Notes: a model not told the origin generated them from the sequence alone. A DNA stretch of 37,335 nt from Folioceros fuciformis (GCA_049999805.1 JBNGIO010006013.1:1-37335), one strand, 5' to 3'; positions 22,260 to 34,499 are shown, counted from the stretch's first letter. Made by a program: numbers and translations.

Positions 22260-23870
22260 ATAGAAGGCTACCCACAACTTCACTATTGGGCCTCCTCTAG
22301 AGTTGAAGGGCAATCATCCATGGATATCTTCTCACTAGATGCGATGGGAGTTGAGACAGGCTTGGCATCCTTCAATTTAAATCTTTCGAGCAACTGATCA
22401 ACATAGTGTTCTTGATATATGAAGGATGAGTTGTTTGCAAGGTTGAGTTCAAACTGCACTCCGAGGGCAAATCGAAGGGGTCCCATGTCAAATACTTCGT
22501 ACTCCTTTGACAGCAGCTTTTTGCTTCTTGTATTGTAGCAAGGTTGTTCCCAAAGATAAAGTTGTCATCAACATATAGGGTGATGATGACAAGCTTGCCT
22601 TGTTCTTACAGGACATAAACGCTGGTATTAGATGGTAGTGAGGTGAAGCTGCATTTCTATCAAATGGCAGCGAGGTGAAGCCGCATTTCTTCAAGTACAA
22701 GTCGACCGTCTCGTTCCACACTTGTGCTTATTGCTTTAAGCCGTATACAGACTTGAGGAGCTTGCATACTTTGGAGTTCTCATTGATGAAGCCTAGCGAT
22801 TGTAGCATATAGATGTCTTCATGTAGAGTGCCGTATAAAAATGTTGTTTTAACATCTACTTGGTGTATATGCAAGTGATGATGAGCTGTACAGGCTAGCA
22901 GTATTTGGATTGTGGTTGCTTTAACCATAGGACTGAAGAGTTTATTCTCTTCATAATCAAAGCCGAGTACCTGGGAAACCACGAGCTACCAATTTGGCCT
23001 TATACTTGGATACTATACTATCTAGATTGAGCTTCCTGCAAAGAGTCTACTTGCAGAATATAGGCTTTTTACCAGCAGGTAAGTCTATGAGCTTCTACGT
23101 TTTATTGGCAGTTAGAGAGTTGCACTATGACTTGAGTGTTGCGGTCCATTGAGGTGTATTAAGTGCCTCTTGGATGTTGGCATGGACATCTTGCATCTCT
23201 ATTGCAAAGAGAGCGTGATAAAGGGCAAGCTGAACTGGATCATTATCAAGGGCTTGTGCTGGTGGTAGCACATCTTCAAGTGGAATGGTCGTATGACAAG
23301 AAAATGACTCTCTAGGAACAAAAGGTGGATTCCTCCATAGGTGACTTGGTGGTTGATTGCATGTAGAACGCCTTAGAGGTTTGGGTTCTAGAACAGGTAC
23401 GGGCTCTAATTTTGGATTGAGAGGTGTAATTGGTTGTGAAGGAGGTGGTACCTGAGGTTGTACTTGTGCGTGTGGTAGTGCTTGAATGACCTACTGAGGA
23501 CGAGGCTGGACTGGCTGTTGGGTTGCTGGTTGTTGTAGCTGCAACTGGATTTCCTCTTGAGCTTGGAGCTTGTCTTCATCATAGAGTGTTTTCCCCCTCA
23601 AGGTCGAGAGGGGAATCCGAGTGAAGGAAATTTGGCATGCTAGAGGTAGGAAGAGGAAACGAGAGGGAAGCTAGGTAGGAATTAAGTAGCAAAGATTCAT
23701 GGAAATGAGCTCTATGGGAAAGAATTACCTCATGGGTGATAGGGTCCAAGAGGTGATAGGCCTTGGATAGGTCCGGGTACCCGATAAAGAGGAGTTTTCT
23801 ACCCTTATCGTCCCACTTCTTCCGGTTCACATTAGGGATATGAGCAAATGCGGGGCTACCAAATATTGGT
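22260..23870 (-). mobile_element. Second, older Ty1/copia remnant (integrase C-terminal region plus RT), no LTRs seen
   Basis: Peptides: IFGSPAFAHIP..RKKWDDKGRKLLFIGY; GFDYEE..FSPMVKATTIQILL; QVDVKTTFLYGTLHEDIYM; VCKLLKSVYGLKQ; LGVQF..YQEHYVDQLLERFKLKDAKPVSTP. Many stops and frameshifts. Confidence 0.88.
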
Positions 23871-24960
23871 GTGCTGTCTTCAGCGGCCCTGCTGTTTGGA
23901 GGGTTGTCTGCCCCTAGGCATAAGGTGTTTTTGGAGGCCATTCGAGCGAAGGCCATGAAGGAGATACCGGGAAAGTGGAGCGAGGTGCCTCATGTGCAAC
24001 GAAAGGTTCTATGCGAATCTATGTGGCAGGAGTTCCCAGACCTCTCCATCAAGATAATGGTTTCGAGGTATTTCAGCCAGTACACCAGTAGTCGAAACTC
24101 CCGATATGTGGAAGCGGCCAACACTTGTGCGATGGAGGAGAAGTGAGTCGGGAGGCCGCGATCACAGCAATTCCAGCCACCGATGGCTGATAACAAGGTA
24201 TGGCAAGACATCCAAACATGGGCCCGTGTTGAGCTCATGCAGCACGACAATTTTTGCCTTCAAAGGGACAACTCGCTGCAAAGGCATGCTTGGAAAAGGC
24301 CGATGGTGAGGGGCCTAATGACTTTGGTAGATGCAGGTGCGGCAAGAAAGGATGGATTTTCAAATTTCAGCAACAGCATGGAAGAGACCTAACTACAAAA
24401 GAAGTGGAATTTGGAGCTCTACGCCCACTGAGTGAAATATATGAGTTGTGGAATGTGCAAAGGAAAGGTATGTCTGTCAGTGCATTCCTTTCTGCTATGA
24501 AAGCCTAGAAGGTAGGCAACAACAGCATCGCACGAAGTTTGAAACTGAGAACCCAGACCAGTCTCTTGGGAACATGGTTGATGACTAGCCAAGAGAGGAC
24601 CAAGGTATACAAGCTACAACCCCACCCCCCTCCCCCCTCCTCCTTGACCCAAATTTTATGCATCGCTGCAATCGATGGGTGTAGAAGCTGTTTGCATGTT
24701 CTCATGCCCACCTACAATAGGAAGAACTAATGAGGACGTCACTAACCATGCAAATGTTGCACGTAGGGAGGCTGAGGATGCTATCGAAGACCTGGGCCTC
24801 CATAGAAATTCGCTTGTGATCCCACCCCTCCATATGAACTATCCGCAGACCCCACAAGAAGCACGTAAGTGGCATTGGATTGCTCAGCAAGGAAGAGTAC
24901 CTAAATGGTTTCCGCATAAGCCCTCTCCGTCCCACTTGAGGGGGTGCCTAAAAGCTTAGT
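23871..24960 (+). mobile_element. Degenerate coding remnant, possibly a CACTA/DNA-transposon accessory ORF
   Basis: Broken ORFs (KWSEVPHVQRKVL..EFP; GKKG..KFQQQHGRDLTTKEV) abut the copia fragment at a sharp junction. The family assignment is a weak resemblance only. Confidence 0.3.
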
Positions 24961-25340
24961 AGCTAGCCCTCCATGACAAGGCCACTCCACTAGCTCTCTT
25001 CACCATTTGGAGGCAGAGTTTCTCCATGTCTGAGTTTGGGGACTCTTCCAATTTTCCGGCATTGCGCCGGAGGTCATGTGACTCGCGGGCTAGAGATGCC
25101 AGCAGGCACTGAAAGGGAAGTAGAGTACCAGCTGAACATGAGGATGTGTGACGGAAGCCATCGCGAGGGGAACGATGAGCTCGGGATTAGGAGGGAGGGG
25201 GAGTGTTGCGACATAGCGCAATGCAGGAGTTGGTGGATCCGAGCTAGGGAACGTTTCACAAAAATGCCAGGAAAATAATGCTTAAGTTTCAATTTTCACC
25301 GTTAGGCGGGTTACATTGTACAGCATCAAGTGCTCAGCAA

Positions 25341-25614
25341 TTACACAAACACATTTGTAAAAATACCTTGATCCATTGATGCAAATTCATTTGCTCTAGT
25401 GGTTTCTTTAAGTATAATGCCATTTGCAACGTCATGTTTTCGATGGCTAATGAGTGTAGGTTTCTTCTCGCCCGATGTAGTTACACGAACACACTTGTAA
25501 AAATACCTTGATCCATGGATGCAAATTCATTCGCTCTGGTGGTTTCTTTTAAGTATAATGCCATTTGCAACGTCATGTTTTCGATGGCTAATGAGTGTAG
25601 GTTTCTTCTCGCCC
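25341..25614. repeat. Direct tandem duplication of ~133 bp
   Basis: 25341-25473 and 25481-25614 differ by only a few substitutions and one indel. Confidence 0.92.
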
Positions 25615-27067
25615 CCATCGTAGGTAGGGATTAGCCTGGTACACCGCTCTTGGATGCTTGCAAATGGATACCCAATGGGCATTAAGGTTGGCACGTGTGT
25701 CTGGGTAGGCCCCGCACGCCAGCTACATGTACCTTTATGTTCTTGCCCGTGGCCATAGCATGGTAAGTCATGCAGCATCGAACGGGTGGCCACAACCGTT
25801 TTCAACACGGGACATGAGAAACCTGGACCAGTAGTTATTATTTATTTACAAGGTACTAATAATATTTGTTTACTACTAACGTGCGCAATGCTAAAAAAAA
25901 CGTGAGTTGAAACTGGAGTTTGAAAGCGAGCGTTTTCAATGAAACCTTGTCTCCCAGGTATGGAAAGCCGGGTATGGAATTGGAAAGCCGGGTATAGAAT
26001 TGCAACAAACTGATGTTGCTATGTCGCATATGTGCATATGAAGTAAAGGACATCGTGTCGCGCGTCCGCACGGGTGTGACCGTATGTGTCGATGGGAAAG
26101 CCCCTTGGATACCACCCGAGAGGAATAGGTTTGTATTGTCGATTCGTCGACGTGGTTGTCACGAGACTGGGCTTACAGTCTGCCTTGTCGAGACCGCGCA
26201 CTCTCACAACCCACCCACAACTATCTTGAAACTCTTCTGTCAGCAGGCACTCTCAATCTCTCTCTCCTTCCGAGTCATGAGAAGACGTCGTATCTTGTGG
26301 CTTCCCAGTAGAGGTGGATGCCCACAGGACATGACTCATTGTGCACATCCTAAGTGGGCAGCGCTAATCTACACAATGGTCAGCACCAACGGGGAGCAGC
26401 TCGTGGACAGGGAAGGAAGGGAAGGTAGCGCATATGCGATCCATGCACACGGCGTTCAGACTGGCGATGAGGGCTTGGATTGGATCAGCCTCTTTCACCA
26501 CCGACCGATGCGTATTTCTCAAGTATTGTTGGCTGTCAGAATGAAGTGAACTTGACGACTGAACGTTCGTCTGTATTTGCAGGGCCCTGCACGTTGAGTT
26601 CGCATCAGCTTTCGATGTTGATGCGGAGCAGGTAAGAGACTTGGCGGGAGCGAGAGGTCTCTTGCTGCCTTTTGAACAGATTCCCGAACTTTTGACAACT
26701 TAGTAGTTGAGAAGGACAGTCGCCGACCAATCGAGGGACTTCTGAGAAGGACCTTCAAAGGATAACCCAGATTACTTCAAGCAGTACACGAACTTCAGTT
26801 TATCCTACCAACACTGAGATGCACCCACGTAGCCATCATGCAAGATTTCCTCTCTATCCTGCAGGATTTCCTCTCTATTTTTATTTGGGAGAAGGAAGGA
26901 AGTATTCCAATCGAGGTCCTGCTATGGAAATATTGACTACTTCCACTGCCCTACAGCAGTAACGTTAGATAACTTGCAGCAATTCCAGGCCATAGACTGA
27001 ACCGCTGGCTGAAGAGAGTCTCTGCAAAACTCATCCGCCCAATATGTCGGCTCAACCACCTAGTCCA

Positions 27068-30000
27068 CTACTTGCCACTTATCTTCCAGCCGTGCTGAGC
27101 AGCAACACGTTCAAATGCCATCTTCGCCTCTGCAGCCGAGTAGGACTGACCTATTGCAGCCCTGTCAATCTGACCTCCCCCTTCAATGAGGGAATTAACA
27201 ATCTGCACTAATACCATCTCAAAAGAAAAAGCAGGATTCCATCCACTCTCTGTAAGGAGCTCCATGCAGATACTTCCACCAACTGTTACGTGTCCTGTGT
27301 GGAAAGCAAATCTGGGATAAACTACACGAATGAAAGGCGGTTGAAATGGAAACCGACCTGGAAAGGTTACTTCGAGCAAAACATGAGCCTCCTCAACCTC
27401 CCTGCGTCCACCCCAATCACAGAGGTCCTCGTGTAAAGGATAGGCCTTGAAGAGTTGTTTGCCCAGACGGACATGCCAAGTATAAAAATTAGACTCGTCA
27501 GGAATCACTACGGAGATGTTACTCAGAAAAGTCGCCGCTGCACCTCCAGATGAAGACGCCTTTAACTTCTCTTTGTGAATCTCTTTGAGGATGTTCCTGT
27601 GTTCTTTAATGATGGCTTGAGTTGCCATTACAGTTCCCTCGCTTGCTCGCCACTTTTTCTGGTCTTCCACACTTTTTGCAAGCTGTGCTCTTCCGTTGAG
27701 CTTGTTGAGTGAATTTTCATCTGTAAGGCAAATGTCTTCCTCCAAAATCTTTAGGGCAGTTGAACGTTGCTGTTCCAGCTGTGACATGTGCTTTTTACGA
27801 TCAGCCAGCTTGAGATCTTGCAAATGAACAAGCAAGTCCACATCTGCCACTCCACGTGCTCCGTGTGATAGGAGCAGGTTGAGCTTACTTGGAGCTACCG
27901 AAGTGATTCCTGTAATTCCTGGGATACCGATTGTTTCACTCAGTAAGGTGGTGCCTGTAATCTTGTGTCCCATCATCGTCTTCCTGTCGCCAGGTCTGCA
28001 GACGAGCAAGTATCGTACTATTACGTTATCTTGCAATGTTGGCGGCACAACATGTATGTTCTCCGAGCATTGTGAAGAGCTCCCAATCACCACTTCACAA
28101 ATAGCCATCACACAGAAAGGCCACTCCAAGGTTCCCCCAAATTTCAATAGTTGAGTTCTATTTTCGAACTTATTAGCCATCGAATAAGAAAAGGAGAACT
28201 CGAAGGTATCAGCTAGATAAATACCCTGTCCAAATGAATCACCAGATGACATGTAGACTGTCCTGCTCATAGATCTGAGCCCGTTCCTCAGTATCGAATA
28301 CCAGTTACAGAGGCTGCTCCCATGAAAGGCAAAGAAAGATCCCCCAGCCGTCTGTCGAAGCTTCTGAAAAGTTTCTTCCTTCTCTGGGGAGTCATGAACC
28401 ACGACAAATTGGTGAGTCACCACGTCACGATCAAAAGGAAGCATTTCAGACTTCTCTAAGCTACGAATGGATACCCTGTTCGTTGACAAAATGAATCTCA
28501 GCAATTCATAGGACACATTGAGATCCTTGAACATAAGATTCTTCACGTACTTGCCATATGAGATATGGTCTGTACATTGAGAATATGCAAGCGTCTGTCT
28601 CAAAGGGACATGCGCTTCATACGTAGAATATGCAAGCTTCCGCCTCAAAGAGACTTCATCTCTGCACTCCCTCAAAGTGTCAAGAGGTGGGAGTGATACA
28701 ATGATTTGAGCCAATAACTGAAGGTTTTTGTTGGGAGTGGAGAACTGAAGGTTTTTGTTGGGAGTGAGAGTGAACAACTGAAGGTTATTGTTTGGAGTCC
28801 ATTGCTGAAATGAACCCCATGGACGCCATGTCTGAGTAGCTGGTCCTGCATGTTTCCTGTCTCCGTCACTTTGTCGCGTCTTTAAATTAGCATCCATGTC
28901 GGTGAACCAACCAGCACGTCCCCTTAGCCCGTTACCGTCTAAGAAGGAGTTTGGGAATGGCTCAAACACATCACGCCCTGAGACAGCAGCAGCATGTGCT
29001 AGGGCCACTTCCAGCTCGACCACTTGTGGGGATCCCAAAATCTCATGAAATATTGCCGAACCTTGTCCAAGTTCTTCAAATTTGTAGAGGCAAAACTCCT
29101 TTGAACAAGTTCGAAGTCTCCACATGGATGAAGGAAGTGAACACCAGCAGACGGGGCACCAGGTAGGCAGTGCCCTCAACTGGGATCCAATGAAATAGAG
29201 AAGACCAATGAAAGGGTTGGCCATGTCTGCACAGAAATCTAGACACTTGATCATTTGCTCGTTTTGCAGTGGCTCGCCTCTAGCCCCAGTACTTGTTCTG
29301 TAGGCACGATGAGATAGAAAGACTGTCACCAGCTCAGGCAGCAGCACGTCTGTTGCATATCCTTGTGCAGCCTCTGAACCACCCGTATCGTCCTTGTAAA
29401 GCTTGGAGAACTCCTTGTCAACGTAGGAGAAGGGCTTGGTATCGCTTTCACGTTTGTCGGTGGTCCACTGAGGCAACTGTCTGACCAGCACCTGTTGTGC
29501 TAGGAGAGGCTGGGACCGGCTCCGAATGAGATCACAATCAACTTGGAGTAAGCGCCTGTCGAACTGTAGTGAAATATTCAAGGGATCATCAAACGACAGT
29601 CCTAGAGCAGCAGCTACAGCTGCGTCATTAAATAATCCAGGCACCTGCAGCCGCAGATGCACGCTTTCTGCATGAGCGGACATGGAAACCACACAGAACT
29701 TGAGCATGCCCTCATCCATTTCGAATGGAGGCTGGGTTCCTGCTTGGCCTGGACTAGGCCCGTGTGAACCTGCGCGAACATCATCACATATCCGTCGGGC
29801 TTCCCGTGCTGCAGGTGCATAACCTCCACGGTTGGTGTCCAATTCCTCACACTCGAGGATGGGTAAAAGGTCCACAGAGGGGCCCTTCACGGCAAAGTCA
29901 TGTGCATCGTCGTCCTCACCTGGCGCACACCCGCTATCCTCTGAAACATAATCATCGCTACTATAGTCACTCCCAGTTTCACTTCCAAATTGGGATCCAC

Positions 30001-30424
30001 TGCTGGCCCCCTGGATGTCCCTCAACCCTTCCTCGACACTCGGTCTCGGGCTCGGTCTCTTGCCTGATGAGATCACCATCATTTTGAGAAACATATCCAG
30101 CACCTGATGAACAGCCCCTGCCGGGTCCGACCGACACGGAATTCGCTCCAATTTCTCGTTCAGCTGCGTCACGAATCCTTCCTCAGCAGAATCATCAGGG
30201 CTCATAGCGACGAAGCTGCCTTCCCCTTCGTCTCGTCCATCGGAGAAGTGAGACGGCAGAATCAAATGAAACAGCATATCCGCGACGAAGAAGATCAAAG
30301 CCGATTCCGTGGCCTCGGAAAGCCTGAAACCATGCGACGCTGCCTCCTTTGCATGTTGACGCACCCACGACGACCAGACGGCAAAATTGCCTTGCGCTGT
30401 CCCCAGGACTCCACTACCAACCAT
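27068..30424 (-). CDS. Intronless PARP6/8/16-like mono-ADP-ribosyltransferase fused to a C-terminal UBE2Q-like ubiquitin-conjugating (UBC) domain, ~1118 aa from first ATG
   Basis: Cys cluster CPVC..TCSKEFC (PARP6/8-like). ART motifs AFHGSSLCNWYSILRNGL, GQGIYLA, MAICEVV and ENIHVV. UBC reads LLEVTFPGRFPFQPPFIRVVYP..GHVTVGGSICMELLTESGWNPAFS..EAKMAFERVAAQHGW. First ATG is at 30424; the ORF track starts at GTG 30616. Confidence 0.9.
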   Translation of the reverse strand: MVGSGVLGTAQGNFAVWSSWVRQHAKEAASHGFRLSEATESALIFFVADMLFHLILPSHFSDGRDEGEGSFVAMSPDDSAEEGFVTQLNEKLERIPCRSDPAGAVHQVLDMFLKMMVISSGKRPSPRPSVEEGLRDIQGASSGSQFGSETGSDYSSDDYVSEDSGCAPGEDDDAHDFAVKGPSVDLLPILECEELDTNRGGYAPAAREARRICDDVRAGSHGPSPGQAGTQPPFEMDEGMLKFCVVSMSAHAESVHLRLQVPGLFNDAAVAAALGLSFDDPLNISLQFDRRLLQVDCDLIRSRSQPLLAQQVLVRQLPQWTTDKRESDTKPFSYVDKEFSKLYKDDTGGSEAAQGYATDVLLPELVTVFLSHRAYRTSTGARGEPLQNEQMIKCLDFCADMANPFIGLLYFIGSQLRALPTWCPVCWCSLPSSMWRLRTCSKEFCLYKFEELGQGSAIFHEILGSPQVVELEVALAHAAAVSGRDVFEPFPNSFLDGNGLRGRAGWFTDMDANLKTRQSDGDRKHAGPATQTWRPWGSFQQWTPNNNLQLFTLTPNKNLQFSTPNKNLQLLAQIIVSLPPLDTLRECRDEVSLRRKLAYSTYEAHVPLRQTLAYSQCTDHISYGKYVKNLMFKDLNVSYELLRFILSTNRVSIRSLEKSEMLPFDRDVVTHQFVVVHDSPEKEETFQKLRQTAGGSFFAFHGSSLCNWYSILRNGLRSMSRTVYMSSGDSFGQGIYLADTFEFSFSYSMANKFENRTQLLKFGGTLEWPFCVMAICEVVIGSSSQCSENIHVVPPTLQDNVIVRYLLVCRPGDRKTMMGHKITGTTLLSETIGIPGITGITSVAPSKLNLLLSHGARGVADVDLLVHLQDLKLADRKKHMSQLEQQRSTALKILEEDICLTDENSLNKLNGRAQLAKSVEDQKKWRASEGTVMATQAIIKEHRNILKEIHKEKLKASSSGGAAATFLSNISVVIPDESNFYTWHVRLGKQLFKAYPLHEDLCDWGGRREVEEAHVLLEVTFPGRFPFQPPFIRVVYPRFAFHTGHVTVGGSICMELLTESGWNPAFSFEMVLVQIVNSLIEGGGQIDRAAIGQSYSAAEAKMAFERVAAQHGWKISGK

Positions 30425-31295
30425 AGCGACTGACTCGCCCTGCTGGCTGCGCGCAACGCTGCGCAATCCAGCTCTCCTCTTGATTCTGTTTGCCCTCTCC
30501 TCTCGATCAAATTCCTTCACCTGGACACCTACCTCGGGGTATTCCCTCCAGCTGCAGCTGCAGAGCTGGAGATTGACCGTCCGACCAGGCCCCCGAATGG
30601 CAAGCACGCTGCTCACAAACGCGCGCGTCCGACAGCCAATCGAACAAATTCCGCTACATGCGAGTCAGCAGAGTATGCAGATACCACCAAATAGGGAAGA
30701 AAAAAAGAAAGGAAGGAAAGAACGGAGGAGTAATCCAAAGCAACAAGTGCACGACGCTAGATTAGTTCTCCAAATCTGGAAAAGTGAACACGCACCTAGA
30801 GAGGGCAGCGTCAGCGTCCACCCCAGAGTAGAGAAGCGGAGACGTCGTGTCGGACGAGCTTTCAGACGACTTAAGACAATTTTTGTGGTTAAGAATATGG
30901 AGGGTCCGTTAGAAATGTTATCAACGGCTCCACAAAACAGCTGCACACGACAGCTCAAAATGGGAAAACACTCAGCTCTCATCTCCAGAACATGAAAATA
31001 GTGATACATAACTAGCCGTCAGGACCACACCATACCCTCTCCTGCATGAAGGCATACGTGTACCGCGCACACTTGTACTGTACATACCTGCTTACTATGC
31101 AATACAAAAACGAGAGATCGTTGGAAGGAGGAGAGGAGGCGACAGAGCAGCCAGCTGTCTGCGGGTGGATGCAGCCAAGTCACAAGTCGGTGCTGGTCAC
31201 GATCGCCATGCAATGTCGATGAAGCTGACAAAAGATGCGTGAAGCGTCCCCACGCTCCGACACTGTGAACCAGCATCCCACTAGACTGACCCGGA

Positions 31296-31330
31296 GCCGG
31301 GTCGGGGTCGGGGTCGGGGTCGGGATCGGA
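31296..31330. repeat. (GGGTCG)n hexamer microsatellite
   Basis: About 5 imperfect copies in the intergenic region between the divergent PARP-UBC and LanC-like genes. Confidence 0.8.
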
Positions 31331-31855
31331 TGTTTATCCTCTTGGCCTTGACGCCAGTGTTGCCCCCTGCCGTAGTAGTTGTACGGAGTTTTTGTTGTTG
31401 CTGCTGCTGTTGCGGCTTTGAACTTGGCGGAGTCGCTGCTGGGTCGCCATTGGTGTTGCGTGTGCCGCCGCACCGTTCACCGCCTTCGGCACACCACCAA
31501 AGTGCAATTGCAGTTGCAATTACGCAGTGTCGGGGTGAGCCAGTGCTTTTTGGTTGCAAGTTGGGATTAGGCTGGGCAATCGGAATTAGGTAAGGCTGTT
31601 GGCTCTTTCTCACAAGCCTTGGGAATGGGGGCCAAGGGTGGTGGTAAGAAGGTGCTGCTGTCTCGGCTAGGCTCAATAATTGGCAGCATTGTGGGACACT
31701 GTCCGGAAGAACAGGAGCGTTGCGGGTCCCAAGGTGGATGCATATCTTGAAGCCTGAGGCCTCCTGCCCGGGGCGATAGAGCTTGTGCGCGTCTGCTGTG
31801 CTGCCGAAGCCGCTTCCGCTGGGCTTGGCGCCGGACCCATTTCAGCCTGCCCGCA

Positions 31856-34002
31856 ATGTCGGACCGCTATTTCTTCAACGACTTGCAAGATTACGACCCC
31901 AATCTCGCGCAGCGGGATGCGGTGGTCGGCCTGTCTAAGGAGGAGCAGGAGGACTTGCTGATGCTGCGGACCGTGGAGCCTATTGTGTGCCCGCCCATCA
32001 TGAACCAGACTGCGTTTCGAGACGGCATTGCGCCCACTGCGGACATGTTTCTCAAGGCCGGCCTCGCGCTCAAGGAGAAGGTTCGCAGTCTCCTATTGTC
32101 CTCACGTCCCACTGCTGCCGGGTCAGGAGTCGAGCATAGCGCCCTTGCCTTGCCTTTCCTTTCCCTGCCTTGCCTTATCGAGCAACCCGTAGATGCTTCA
32201 GACTAGGCTGTGGGAACATGTTGGCATGGGAATCCTGAACACTCTGCACACGAGGGATTCCTCTATTTAGACTAGGGTTTCTTTTGGGAATTAATTCTTG
32301 TGCTCTTGCATTGCTGTCTTCTTCTCCTTGCCCTGCCAGAGTTTTGCTTTCCAAATTTGGAGCCTGGCGGAGGCTTTCTAGGACAGCGTAACATAAAGTG
32401 CAGATTGTGTTCTTCCCAGATTAAGCAAGCTACGTGGTCACGTACCGTCGGTCGTGTGGGTGATCCTACCATGTACACTGGAGTTCTCGGGACTGCCTAC
32501 CTGTGCTGGAAAGCGTACAAGATGGCTGGGCATGAACCGGATCTTGCCTTGTGCACAGAAATTGTGGACTGCTGTACTGCTTCTGCGAGGACTATGAAGC
32601 AGTAAGTTGTCTAATTCTGGCAACAAGTCTGTGGTGCCGGATTTTTGCCTGTCCTTTCGAATGTCTGTCTGTCTTTCAGCGTGGAAGGATCAAGGTTTGG
32701 CTACTTGGGGTATGCAGGCATGTTACATTCCTCTGTGGTCAACCAGGAATCTACGCTCTTGGAGCAGCGGCAGCAGCTTGCAGAAATGACAAAGAACGGA
32801 TACGATTTTACTTGGACCTGTTCAACGAGGTGAGCTCGCTTGCTCCAGCTCTTGTCAGTCCTCGAGAACCTAAGGTTATCATGCAAGCAAACTATTCCAC
32901 AGCGTATGTTTCTCTTGGGGGTTTCAAGATTTTGCTCCGAGGCAAGTCAAAGATCATCTCTCGTTTTGGCAGGTTGCCAATCAACGAGCGATGGCAGCAG
33001 GTCCTTCGGAAGGGGGCCTGGGGCTCCCTTATGAGCTTCTCTATGGCCGAGCAGGCTTTCTTTATGCATGCCTTTTCATCAACAAATATGTAGGGGAAGA
33101 TACTATACCCTGGAGCGTGACGGTCAGTTTCTCTACCCTCGTTTTATTGAAAATCTCGTTGTTGCATGTGTCACGGCGGGCTTCTTTGAAATCTTTGCTC
33201 CTGCGCCAACGATTTGGACTCGACTGCTTGACAGGGACCCGTAGTGGATGCTATTCTACAAGCAGGACGAGCTGGTGCTTCACAAAATCACAAACGGTGC
33301 CCCCTCATGTTTCAGTGGCATGGCACTCGGTACTGGGGAGCAGCTCATGGTCTGGCTGGGATTATCAATGTCCTACTCTACTTCCCGCTGGCGCCAGAGG
33401 ATGCAGAGGATGTGAAAGCCACGCTGCGATATATGATGAACAACCGCTTCTTTCCCAGTGGCAACTATCCATCTAGCGAGGGGAATAACAGGGATAGACT
33501 TGTGCATTGGTGTCATGGTGCCCCCGGAATCGGATTGACTCTATGCAAGGCGGCGGAGGTGACCACCTTCAAACTCTGTTTAACTTGAAGGTGCGTGGCA
33601 GTCCAGTTTGTCCGGATGTACAATGTTGTACTGATGTGAAGTGGTGCTCTTCGTGGTCAGGTTTTCGCCAAGGATCAGGACTTCCTACAAGCCGCCATCG
33701 ATGCTGGTGACGTGGTGTGGAACAGGGGCCTTCTGCGGCGGATCGGTCTGTGCCATGGTGTGTCTGGCAACACGTATGTGTTTCTAGCTTTGCATCGGTT
33801 AACAGAGGAGGAGCGACATAAGCATCGGGCCAGGGCATTTGCAGGCTTCATACATGACCATGCACATCAGTACATGGCATCCGGTGCCATGCACGGGGGA
33901 GATCATCCCGAGTCCTTGTTCGAAGGTCTTGCCGGAACAGCTTGCTTATACCTGGACCTGTCTCAAATTGAAAATGCTAGATTTCCTGGATTTGAGTTGT
34001 AA
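31856..34002 (+). CDS. LanC-like protein (GCR2/GCL1 family), spliced. Exons approx. 31856-32080, 32420-32601, 32718-32829, 32973-33122, 33235-33558, 33661-34002
   Basis: Peptides: MYTGVLGTAYL, VTFLCGQPGIYALGA, GPSEGGLGLPYELLYGRAG, YWGAAHGLAG, LVHWCHGAPG, GLCHGVSGN, SLFEGLAG, RFPGFEL*. Zn-ligand WCHG and CHG motifs are intact. Introns are GT-AG and in frame. Confidence 0.95.
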
Positions 34003-34499
34003 GTCGCTGCCAACAGCAGCTGTCTGAATTGACCGTCCCTTGAAATGAGACGTATCTCCTGGACGGGTTCCACCGCCATGTACAGTATTATGTCTGAACA
34101 TGCAATGCATGTGCCAAGGCTTTGTCAAACGCTTATGAGCACTACATCTCTGATAAACAATGACGTCCGGTGTGATTACGTTCGTTGCACTGGATTTCAA
34201 GCTGCGTAGGAGCTCCCGATCTGGATATCGATTCTTCAGCTTCACTCCAAGCTCGTTAGGTGTGATGTAATCTGTAGGTGATACCGGACACAAGCGTCTC
34301 TAGCGAGGTCGGTGCAGAACGCAAAGAGGGGCAGCAACGCGCAAAGGAGGAGGTCCTGGAGCAGAAGTGTGCGAAGAGAAGGATCACCATCTGCATAAAT
34401 TCTCAGCTAGCTGCTCCATCTCAAACAGCAATCAGCTATCAAACGGCACTGATCTCCAGTTCTCGCGTGCGTAGGATCTGCGGGGACGTCGACACGGAG

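Noticed and set aside
26013-26760. ORFs of 178 aa (+) and 79 aa (-) downstream of PARP-UBC
   Set aside because: No recognisable domain or consistent exon structure.
30425-30616. 64-aa N-terminal extension of PARP-UBC in the ORF track
   Set aside because: It begins at GTG. The first in-frame ATG is at 30424, although an upstream exon cannot be excluded.
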